Assembly: GCA_963727775.1 (NCBI GenBank)
Contig: CAVSHB010000002.1
Span: 768,001 to 832,000, forward strand
Source of the DNA: an uncultured Nitrospiraceae bacterium
GTDB lineage: Bacteria; Nitrospirota; Thermodesulfovibrionia; Thermodesulfovibrionales; SM23-35
Length of the DNA stretch: 64,000 bases
Direction of reading: 5' to 3'
Shown: positions 9,193-17,864 of the stretch, one piece after another
Layout: the number at the start of each line of letters is the position of its first letter
Position numbering within the stretch: position 1 is the first letter of the stretch
Position numbers and translations under genes: made by a program
Notes under the pieces: model-generated
The model's input: the letters and a program-made list of their open reading frames with translations, nothing else
The model's database searches: none
Told to the model about the DNA's origin: nothing

Positions 9193-9405
9193 ATGAGAAT
9201 AACCTATGATTCAGAAGTGGATGCCCTGTATATTCGTTTTATAGAAACAACCGTAACAACTAAACATGTTGCAGAAGGTATTGCAGTTGACTATGATGTA
9301 GATGGTAAAATCGCAGGCATTGAAATTCTGGATGCTGTAAAACGATTTAGCAGCAAGGATGTTTTCAAAAAGGTGACACTTGAAGATTTGGCATTACATG
9401 CATAA
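9193..9405 (+). CDS. DUF2283-family putative antitoxin
   Basis: MRITYDSEVDALYI...DYDVDGKIAGIEILDA signature. Confidence 0.9.
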   Translation: MRITYDSEVDALYIRFIETTVTTKHVAEGIAVDYDVDGKIAGIEILDAVKRFSSKDVFKKVTLEDLALHA

Positions 9406-9408
9406 CCA

Positions 9409-9514
9409 ATGAATCACCCCTTCATCCCCCTCGTAGCCCAAATCCTCGCCGCCAAAAAAACAACCCCATTCATCTCCCTTTGACGCGGGGGAATTAAAAT
9501 ATGCCGACACCTCA
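9409..9514 (+). pseudogene. Remnant resembling the C-terminus of a type IIG restriction-modification enzyme
   Basis: PFIPLVAQILAAKK...(frameshift)PLTRGELKYADTS resembles the 'LVDxILAAKK...ADTS' tail of IIG enzymes (recognised from memory). Confidence 0.5.
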
Positions 9515-9628
9515 ACAGCATATCAGAAATTATTAGATACTGAATTTGCAAGCAGGTGGGAAGAAATAGCAAAGACAAAGGCATCTGAGCAAGCTAAAAA
9601 GCAAGATCAGTAACTACTGGAGGCAGCC

Positions 9629-9826
9629 ATGAAAATTACCTATGACCCTGAAGTTGACGTTATGCGCATTATTTTCAGCAGCGCGCCTATTGAGGAGAGC
9701 GACGAGGAAAAGTCCGGCGTAATTCTTGATTTCGATAAAGACGGAAATGTTGTGGGTATGGAAATACTTGATGCGTCACGACGAATCGAGAACCCGAGAA
9801 CAGTCGAATATGCTGTAGCAGGTTGA
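9629..9826 (+). CDS. DUF2283-family putative antitoxin (second copy)
   Basis: MKITYDPEVDVMRI...LDFDKDGNVVGMEILDAS; preceded by toxin-like tail SKISNYWRQP* overlapping its ATG. Confidence 0.9.
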   Translation: MKITYDPEVDVMRIIFSSAPIEESDEEKSGVILDFDKDGNVVGMEILDASRRIENPRTVEYAVAG

Positions 9827-9857
9827 TTACCCATAGAGGAATTCTTTTGATTAAATA

Positions 9858-10634
9858 TTATCGGGAATTAAATGAGGCTGCAAATTCTGCGCAGGTAACA
9901 AACTCTGCCTGATTTTTGAGCCATGTCAGATACGTTTCAAGCTTTGCCAGCATCTTATCGCCGCTCACACGTTTTACCAGCGCCGGCAGTTGCCATTTGC
10001 TCAAGTCGCTGAATTCCCATGGATGGAAAAAGATATTAAGATAACCGTCCGCCCCTAAGGTCCATCGAGACATTCTTTTCAGTATCCATAAAGGGCTGTT
10101 TTTAAAACTCAGCCAGAAGAAGGGATAGCGGATGAGAGGACTTGCTGAAACCGGCAGGTTCAACACGCCCCCGGAAAAATACGGAAGCCGCGGTTTTAAA
10201 AAGTGCATATATCTGCCGGGAAGCCATATCGGGTTTTCTGAAGAGCTGTAGGTATAACCTGCTGCGGCTATTTCCTTATGGTCAATCGGCCTAAACCGGG
10301 GGCTCCGGAACCCGTATACTTTCCTGCCGCTTAATTTTTCCAGTTCAAGACGCGAATCCAGCAAGTGGCTGGGCTGAAAGTCTGTATGGAAGAATCCATG
10401 GGAGGCCAATTCATGCCTGGCAAGTATCCGCTGCATGAGAGACGGCTGGTTATTGGCGAAATAAACAGTTGTAAAACAGGTTATCCTAATGTCCAATTTT
10501 TCTAAAAGGTCAAGCACCAACGCCAACCCCTCGCTTGTGACACGGATTTGGGTTGACGGGTCGACCTTTTGCCCATATTCTTCAGGGATGTCGAACTCCT
10601 CAACATCCAGACTCAATAACACCTTTTTAATCAT
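9858..10634 (-). CDS. Polysaccharide deacetylase family protein
   Basis: SLDVEE, HELASHG, GFRSP and FFHPWEF motifs. Confidence 0.9.
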   Translation of the reverse strand: MIKKVLLSLDVEEFDIPEEYGQKVDPSTQIRVTSEGLALVLDLLEKLDIRITCFTTVYFANNQPSLMQRILARHELASHGFFHTDFQPSHLLDSRLELEKLSGRKVYGFRSPRFRPIDHKEIAAAGYTYSSSENPIWLPGRYMHFLKPRLPYFSGGVLNLPVSASPLIRYPFFWLSFKNSPLWILKRMSRWTLGADGYLNIFFHPWEFSDLSKWQLPALVKRVSGDKMLAKLETYLTWLKNQAEFVTCAEFAASFNSR

Positions 10635-11418
10635 AGCTTCCTGTAAAATTCCTCAAGCGGATAAGCAACAGATGAGAAAACATGATCAAAGAATCTTTTA
10701 TGAGTTTTAATTTTCCTTTCTTATAGCGATGTTTCTCGTTTTCTTGAGCAGCTATCTCGGCGATACCAAATCCGAATTTGTTTGCGAGGAAAAGGAGTTC
10801 AACGTCGAAAGCAAATCCCATAACAGCGAGTTTTTCAAAGATCCTCCGTGCCGCCTTAAAACGAAATCCCTTAACTCCGGCCTGGGTATCTCTGAACGGA
10901 AGGTCCAGCATACGCCTGACAAGACAGTTGAAGCACTCTCCCATAATCTGTCTCCTCAGACTGGATCTCTTTTTCCAGGAGGTAGTCAATTTGCGTGACC
11001 CTATTACCACATCATTTGTCTGCAATTTCTCCTCGATAAGCTTAAGGTGGTCCAGAGAATAGGCCATATCGGAATCGATGAAACAGAGCGCATCTGCCTC
11101 CGCCATTTCAAACCCGATTTTGACCGCATACCCTTTCCCCAGGTTTTTTTCGCAATGAAAAAAAGCGATGTTTGCCTGACTTTGTTTGTCCACTGCGGCT
11201 TTAAGTATTTCAGCGGTGCCGTCATCCGAGCCGTCGTCTACAAAAAGGAAATAGTAATGGGGATTTTCTGCGGCAAAAGCCTCCACGGAATCTATCATTT
11301 CCCCGATAATTCCACGCTCATTATAAATAGGTAAAATTACAGCTAATGAATTTATTTCTTTCTTTGGCACGTTATCACTTCTTTTGCATAATAGGGAAGT
11401 GAATATCCTCAGTCGCAT
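10627..11418 (-). CDS. GT2 glycosyltransferase (polyprenol-phosphate glycosyltransferase-like)
   Basis: ILPIYNE, VDDGSDD, NLGKG, IDSD, DTQAGVK and FDVELL motifs. Confidence 0.9.
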   Translation of the reverse strand: MRLRIFTSLLCKRSDNVPKKEINSLAVILPIYNERGIIGEMIDSVEAFAAENPHYYFLFVDDGSDDGTAEILKAAVDKQSQANIAFFHCEKNLGKGYAVKIGFEMAEADALCFIDSDMAYSLDHLKLIEEKLQTNDVVIGSRKLTTSWKKRSSLRRQIMGECFNCLVRRMLDLPFRDTQAGVKGFRFKAARRIFEKLAVMGFAFDVELLFLANKFGFGIAEIAAQENEKHRYKKGKLKLIKDSLIMFSHLLLIRLRNFTGSYD

Positions 11419-12751
11419 TACGCAGCATAATAACGCTCCCCGCCCATAATAACAGTGTAGTCAGTAAAACAAGCCCGAAATCGCGCAAAAACCATAATAC
11501 CCCGCCGATTGCCGTCAATAAATGGCTCAGAACCAATAACCAGAACAGCGCCTTCCATCCAAAAGGTATGTTCGGATATGGATATCGGTCCCATATCATT
11601 GATAATAATACTGTTATCAATGGGAGAGCAATAGAGACGTAATGCGGAGAAAATACCGGACTGATGATGAGCATTGTCAGAAGCAAAGATCCGAGAAACA
11701 GGATCTCACGAGGGGTTTCATCGACTTTCCCTGCGAACCAGCGTGCAGAGGTCTTCCAGCCGGCGGCATATAAAGTAATAATCGTAAGCAGAACAGCGAT
11801 TCCCCAATGCGTTATGCGTACACCGGGCGCTGCCACGTTAGGCCGGGTTTTTACGTCGGGATACATAGCATTATGCATTATTACCATAGGCGCATTACTG
11901 TCCGTGCTCGTTATCCCTGTAAGCTCACCTGCCACGCGGCCTACTGATTTCCCGGTGATGCCCCCCAACAAAGTTTCATTGTAAAGCTCGTTATAGCCAT
12001 CAAGTACCCTATTGGGACCCATCGCTATCACAGGAATTATGATCAGCCCGAATACCAAACCGATTAAGCTCCCCGACAACATCCGCCAATCACGCCGCCA
12101 GGCAGGCAATAACAGCAGAAACGCGGGGATTATTTTTATACAGGCTGCAACAGAAAGCCACATGCCGGCACGGAGTCTTCTGCGATGTAATATTGATGCT
12201 GCTGTAGCGCAAAGAGTAAAGACCAAAAGCATGTCCACCTGACCGCGCATCTGTGCTCGACCGATAGCCGGCAACAGGACCAAAACCGGCAGTATCCGTA
12301 ACGCCCACCATCGCCGGCAAAACACCGGTTGCTCCCGTATCGCCGGATCTCCGGAAGTTTCTTCCAAGGCCTTTGCAAGGCTGTGGACACCATAAAAGCC
12401 TATTGCGAGCGTCAACACATACCAGATACCTACCGATAATTCATATGGTAAATAGCCGTAACGGCTCACGCCGCGCGGCGGATCGGCCAGCGGGGCCATA
12501 CTGACGGCGAATACCGGCGGATAGACATAATGCCATCCTCTATTGTCGGGGATCTTGTAAATATTGTCTCCGGAGCGCACAGCCCAGGCGGCTCTCAGAT
12601 AAACTCCCAGGTCGGTTCTGCGCACCCTATCAGCCATTCCCGAACCCCTGAATTCAACCCATACGCCGAAAGCAATGCACAGTAACAGGAGTAAACATAT
12701 CCCGGTCTTCTGTGCTCTATTCAAAGGCTCTGAAGCATGCATGTATTTCAT
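11375..12751 (-). CDS. GT87/DUF2029-like membrane glycosyltransferase
   Basis: DLGVY...YVYPP...GQVD...IKIIP...HY motif order; many TM segments. Confidence 0.8.
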   Translation of the reverse strand: MKYMHASEPLNRAQKTGICLLLLLCIAFGVWVEFRGSGMADRVRRTDLGVYLRAAWAVRSGDNIYKIPDNRGWHYVYPPVFAVSMAPLADPPRGVSRYGYLPYELSVGIWYVLTLAIGFYGVHSLAKALEETSGDPAIREQPVFCRRWWALRILPVLVLLPAIGRAQMRGQVDMLLVFTLCATAASILHRRRLRAGMWLSVAACIKIIPAFLLLLPAWRRDWRMLSGSLIGLVFGLIIIPVIAMGPNRVLDGYNELYNETLLGGITGKSVGRVAGELTGITSTDSNAPMVIMHNAMYPDVKTRPNVAAPGVRITHWGIAVLLTIITLYAAGWKTSARWFAGKVDETPREILFLGSLLLTMLIISPVFSPHYVSIALPLITVLLSMIWDRYPYPNIPFGWKALFWLLVLSHLLTAIGGVLWFLRDFGLVLLTTLLLWAGSVIMLRNATEDIHFPIMQKK

Positions 12752-12987
12752 TCCAGGGTAATATTAGTGTTGTTCACTTCTTTAGAGATTAAGGCGTCTA
12801 AAACCGCCTCAAGTCCTGACCTGATAGGGCAGATTTCTCGCACTAAACAAGTGAATTATATTATACCGGTAAGGGTTATATCTTGGGTACTAAGAAATTT
12901 GTTCTATAAAAACTAATGTATTTAAAAATGAGCAGGATTTCCGATGAATTTATAAGCTTATTTCCCGCGCATAAAATTCATTAATTC

Positions 12988-13125
12988 CCATACCCCGCCG
13001 TCTCTGCGGCGGGCACCTTACGTCGTCGGGGTGCAGGGCGTCGGAGCGAAGCGCAGACCCTTGCCGACCCGCGGGGTCTAATACCCCGTGGTGTCGTGCC
13101 GAGCAAAGCGAGGTTTAGTTTATTC
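12988..13125. repeat. Repeat family A, copy 2
   Basis: Identical to 812-949; overlaps the stop codon of the 13115-13684 gene. Confidence 0.95.
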
Positions 13126-13684
13126 CGCCCGGCATGGCGGGCATCTGCATTTTCTGGTATCCGGCAGGGACCTCAAAAAGGCTGTTGGGCTGCGGACCCA
13201 TTTTGATGTTCCTGAATTCCTGGGACCATGATCCGTCTATTGCCGCCGTCTTTACAGGGAAGTTTATGTCGGTAGCCATCCACTGATAAACCTGATCTGT
13301 TTTGTTGCCGATTTTATAGGTAATAAGATATTTTTTTGTCGGATGTCCGTCTATTGTCTCGGCGCCGACCTGTTTTCTTTCGATCTCGCCCTCAAATTTT
13401 TCGTCTACCTTCGGTTTATTTTTCAGGTCGAAAGGCATTTCCATATACATCTTTTCTTTAGGCATTATGTTCCATGCGACCTTTTTGTCCACCCTCGTTA
13501 TCACAACCATATCTTCATGTACCTTCATATCCATTCTGAACCTGTCGGGTTTAAAATAAACTTTACCCGTCATCTTCTCCCCGTTTTTTTGTGTTATGAT
13601 GGAGTCTGCCGAGAATTCAATTGCCTGGACGGTTCCTGCAAATAGAAAGACAACCAGTAAAATAAAAGCAATTTTCTTGAACAT
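13115..13684 (-). CDS. DUF4412/LolA-like exported protein
   Basis: Signal peptide; EFSAD, GAETIDGHPTKKY and SLFEVPAGY motifs. Confidence 0.8.
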   Translation of the reverse strand: MFKKIAFILLVVFLFAGTVQAIEFSADSIITQKNGEKMTGKVYFKPDRFRMDMKVHEDMVVITRVDKKVAWNIMPKEKMYMEMPFDLKNKPKVDEKFEGEIERKQVGAETIDGHPTKKYLITYKIGNKTDQVYQWMATDINFPVKTAAIDGSWSQEFRNIKMGPQPNSLFEVPAGYQKMQMPAMPGGIN

Positions 13685-13835
13685 TATGGATTTATATCCC
13701 CCCTATTATTGGAAATTATTCGTATGCATATGATTCTGCGAATTCTGAAATTTTAAGGCCTAATAAATATTTTGTCAATTGCAGGTCGACTTTATAACAG
13801 ACTCTATTTAAAATATAGGACAATAATACTGTGTT

Positions 13836-16800
13836 ATGAAAAATACCGTTGGTTTGAAAAGAGTTTTATATCTCCTGCTTTTGGCAGTTATTGCCGGGTT
13901 GACTATACTCATTTCTAAAAGCACACAAATATCCGACACTCTGAAAAGTCTTTTGATTCCTGAATTGCAGGAAGCGTCAGGACAGAGAGTCGATATCCGG
14001 AGCATTTCTGCAAACCTGTTCCCGCTATTTATAGAGGCAAAAGGGGTAAAGGTTTTCGATGGATCAGGAAAAAATATCCTCACGGTGAAAAGGGCCAAGG
14101 GGTATATAGGACTTTCGGGAATTTTAAGCAGGCATATTTCTCTCCGTAGGCTTGTGATAGATGAACCTGAGATATCGACAAACAGGCAACAGCTTGAGGA
14201 GATGATCAAAAGCGTTAAGAGATATCTGGAAAAAGAAAAAAAGACGGCGTTCAAGGTCAAAGTGAAGGTTATCGAGATTATCAAAGGCGCGGTCGATCTG
14301 AGAGACGATGATTCAAGGAGCGCGGTGGACATGAAGGGGGTTGCGGGTGAATTGGTCCTCGGAGAAAATCAGAAGATCAAAATGTCCGTAACAAAGCTGA
14401 AGCTGGATAAAGAAGGCTGGCCGAAGATTATGTGTAATGTGAATGGTTTTTTGGTTTTGAAAGATGACAGGATAGAGATAAAGCTGCTCGAAATCGGTTC
14501 TTACGGGTCAGGTGTTAAAAGTGAAGGATCGTATTCAAAGGGCAGCGGGACCCTGAAAACCGAGTTCGTCCTCCTTGTCGATTCCGTTAAGCGCATGTTT
14601 AATCTCGGACAAAAGGGGGAGGGAAAGATTTCTGCAAAAGGCGAAATAAGGCTTGGGAAAACCGGGGGCGCGGGACCTTTACTCCGGTCCCAGGCTGCCG
14701 GGATTGATCTTAAAGCGCTTAAAAATTTATTTATCGATATGAAACTTGGCGGTAATTTTTATATACAGACACTTATGGAACTTTTGAACGTTAAAGAAAA
14801 GATAGAGGGGCTTATTGATTTTCGCGGCGAGATAAAGGGATATCTTTCCGACATTTCCGGAAAGGCAGGGGCAAGGCTTCGGAATGGAAATCTTTTTGGG
14901 GTTGACGTTGATTCACTGAAATGCGATATCCTCTATCAAAACGGCATAATGAAATTTGAGAATGCCTCGGGACAGCTCTATAACGGCACGGCTAACGCCG
15001 TTGCATCGCTAAAACTTCCGGTAGTCGACTTTTTCACAGTGGGCGTAAAGTTCCATTCAATCGACAGCAAGCCCGCCCTCAGACTTATCGGATGGGAACC
15101 TGAAATCCCTTACGGGAAGGTTGACGGAGAGCTGTCGACGTCGGGCAGGGAATTTAATCCGAGCGGTTGGTTTGCATACAAAGCTCTCAGCGCTGAACAG
15201 AGGGCAAGGATGAAGGGTTATAAACCGCAGGTTGATGATTTTCTAAACAGGATAAGGGACATTAAGGGGAACTATTCCCTGAACGGGAACAACCTTTCGC
15301 TCTCGAACCTGCAATTAAGCACATCTGTTTCAAGTATTGCAGCAGGCGGCGCTGTGGACATTGCAAATAAGACGCTTAATCTGAAAAGCAGGCTGCTTAC
15401 GGGAGACATCTCTGATCTGGCGTCGCCGTATTACAGAGACGCCAAAGGCAGCGGGGAATTTTCAGGGGAGATAGCCGGTACATTTGATAATCCTAAGATA
15501 ACCGGGAAAGCCGTCTTATCGAATACCTCGATTGAAGGGTATAGGACAGACAGTATTACGTCGGACTTTACATATCAAAAGAATCTTCTCGATATGCGCG
15601 AGTCTCTTTTTAAGTCTGCCGGGGAAGAGCACAGGATGAAGGGCAGGATATCCTTCCCTGAGGCAAAAGAGCTTTTTGAGTTATCTAATCCGGTTTATGA
15701 CCTATCGGCCACGATCAAGAATGCTGAGTTCGGACAGTTTGTCAGGATATTTTATAAAGACTTCATGGGCAAAGGTAGGATGAATGCCGACATAAAAATC
15801 AGAGGGAAGAATAAGGGGCCGGATGTTTCGGGGAAGGCCGTCATAGAAAAAGCGGCTGTCTATGATATGCCTTTTGATTCCGCGTCAACAACATTCGACT
15901 ATATGAAAAATGAACTTTTATTGAAAAATGTTAAAATCCTGAAAGGCAGATCCATTCTGACCGGAGAAGGCAGTATCTCCCTCGATAAAAAGTTTTCCTA
16001 TAGTGTATCTTCTGAAAAAGTTTTTATCAAAGACCTTGGCCTTGAGTACATGCCTGACGACACAGTTTTAAGCCTGCAATCGGAAGGGCATGGCACTTTT
16101 GATAACCCTGCCGTTACAGTGAATGCCAGGATTTCAGGCGGCACATTTAAGGGAAGGAATATGGGCAGCGGGACAGTCAGCGCTACTATTCAGAACAGGG
16201 ACATCTCACTTAATGCCGCCCTATTCAATGAGAGAGTGAAGCTTAAGGGAAAGGGGCGGCTTGACGACAAATTGCCGTGGTCCGCCGAGCTCCTGATACA
16301 GCCCGGCAAATATGATTTCCTTGTCAGTTCATTCCTGAAGGATGTCCCGGAAGACCTGCAACTCAACCTCGAAGGCCGGGTCGATTTGAAAGGGGACAGA
16401 AAAGATATCGCTGCGACAGGGAATATGTCCCATCTGACACTATCGCTTTTCGGCCAAACCTTATCTAATGACTCGAATATAGTTTTTTCACTGAACAACA
16501 GAAAACTTTCATTTACGACGTTTACGATTAAAAGCGGCACAGCTTCATTCAGGCTTCAGGGAGGTATGGAAATCGGCAAAGAATACGACATTACCCTCGA
16601 CGGCAGCTCTTCTCTGTCGCCGCTGAAGGTCCTTTCGAAGAAGATAGGATATCTTAAAGGGGATTCCGATTTTGTATTTCAGATTAAGGGGAAATGGGAA
16701 AAGCCCGAAATCAACGGAGGCATGAATGTAACGAACGCCTCTTTCGGCCTCAGAGACTATACTACTTATATCACTTCGATAAACGGTTATCTCTATACAG

Positions 16801-17864
16801 ACGGTGACAGGATAGTGCTTGAGAAGCTTTCAGGTAAAGTCGGAGGGGGTAATATAAATATATCGGGGGTTGTATATTTTAAGACATTCCTCATAAATAG
16901 ATACTACCTCGACGTCAAGCTCGATGACGTCACCGCTGCTGTTTCAAAAGATTCCCATGTCAATTTTAACGGCAACTTCTTGTACAGGGGCACGCCGGAT
17001 GCGATGAATATTACCGGCGACATAAAGATAAACAGGGCAAGGTACAAAGATATGGTGGATTGGAGGACATGGCTCTTCGCTCCGAAGGCTGTTGAGAAGC
17101 CGAAAGCGGAAGTGTCTGCTTTTGAAAGGGCCGAAATTAATATAAAAATTTCAGGCAGTGAGAATATCTTCATCGATAATAATATTGCCCGCGCACCGGT
17201 GAAGATAAGCGGAGACATGTTGGTGAAGGGTACTATTTCCAAGCCGATAATCTTCGGGAGGTTCGAGTCGACCGAGGGGTACGCATATTTCAGGAATATA
17301 GAATTTAAAATAATATTCGCCGGCGTCGATTTTATAGATCCGAACAGGATCAAGCCTGCTATAAATCTTACCGCTGAGACCGTTATAACTGGATATACCA
17401 TAAGATTGAATCTCGAAGGCCAGATGGACCGGTTCACTTTATCTCTGTCTTCGGACCCGCATCTTGAGGAGGGAGATATTTTGACCCTTCTGTCGGGCGG
17501 TCAGGTAGGAAAACAACTTAAAGGTCAGCAAGGAGGTATCGGCGCCGGACAGGCGGCGTCATTCCTTACTGGCAAGCTGCAGGATGTCGTCGAAGAACGG
17601 CTGAGAACGATAACAGGGCTGGACAGGTTTCAGGTAGAACCTTATGTTTCCAGTACCACAGGCACGGTTAGCCCGAGAGTCACCGTATCAAAGCGGCTCA
17701 TAGGCGAAAATCTGTTCGTGACTTACGCTACTTTAATGGGCACCACTGAAGAACAGGTTCTTAAGGTCGAATACCTTATTAGCAGGAATCTATCGCTGGT
17801 AGGGGTCAGGGATGAACAGGGAATCCTGGGAGGCGATGTAAGGTTCAGATTCGAATTCAAATGA
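13836..17864 (+). CDS. tamB: Translocation/assembly module TamB (AsmA-like)
   Basis: N-terminal TM anchor, 1342-aa beta-rich protein, C-terminal DUF490-like region; upstream of an Omp85 gene. Confidence 0.85.
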   Translation: MKNTVGLKRVLYLLLLAVIAGLTILISKSTQISDTLKSLLIPELQEASGQRVDIRSISANLFPLFIEAKGVKVFDGSGKNILTVKRAKGYIGLSGILSRHISLRRLVIDEPEISTNRQQLEEMIKSVKRYLEKEKKTAFKVKVKVIEIIKGAVDLRDDDSRSAVDMKGVAGELVLGENQKIKMSVTKLKLDKEGWPKIMCNVNGFLVLKDDRIEIKLLEIGSYGSGVKSEGSYSKGSGTLKTEFVLLVDSVKRMFNLGQKGEGKISAKGEIRLGKTGGAGPLLRSQAAGIDLKALKNLFIDMKLGGNFYIQTLMELLNVKEKIEGLIDFRGEIKGYLSDISGKAGARLRNGNLFGVDVDSLKCDILYQNGIMKFENASGQLYNGTANAVASLKLPVVDFFTVGVKFHSIDSKPALRLIGWEPEIPYGKVDGELSTSGREFNPSGWFAYKALSAEQRARMKGYKPQVDDFLNRIRDIKGNYSLNGNNLSLSNLQLSTSVSSIAAGGAVDIANKTLNLKSRLLTGDISDLASPYYRDAKGSGEFSGEIAGTFDNPKITGKAVLSNTSIEGYRTDSITSDFTYQKNLLDMRESLFKSAGEEHRMKGRISFPEAKELFELSNPVYDLSATIKNAEFGQFVRIFYKDFMGKGRMNADIKIRGKNKGPDVSGKAVIEKAAVYDMPFDSASTTFDYMKNELLLKNVKILKGRSILTGEGSISLDKKFSYSVSSEKVFIKDLGLEYMPDDTVLSLQSEGHGTFDNPAVTVNARISGGTFKGRNMGSGTVSATIQNRDISLNAALFNERVKLKGKGRLDDKLPWSAELLIQPGKYDFLVSSFLKDVPEDLQLNLEGRVDLKGDRKDIAATGNMSHLTLSLFGQTLSNDSNIVFSLNNRKLSFTTFTIKSGTASFRLQGGMEIGKEYDITLDGSSSLSPLKVLSKKIGYLKGDSDFVFQIKGKWEKPEINGGMNVTNASFGLRDYTTYITSINGYLYTDGDRIVLEKLSGKVGGGNINISGVVYFKTFLINRYYLDVKLDDVTAAVSKDSHVNFNGNFLYRGTPDAMNITGDIKINRARYKDMVDWRTWLFAPKAVEKPKAEVSAFERAEINIKISGSENIFIDNNIARAPVKISGDMLVKGTISKPIIFGRFESTEGYAYFRNIEFKIIFAGVDFIDPNRIKPAINLTAETVITGYTIRLNLEGQMDRFTLSLSSDPHLEEGDILTLLSGGQVGKQLKGQQGGIGAGQAASFLTGKLQDVVEERLRTITGLDRFQVEPYVSSTTGTVSPRVTVSKRLIGENLFVTYATLMGTTEEQVLKVEYLISRNLSLVGVRDEQGILGGDVRFRFEFK

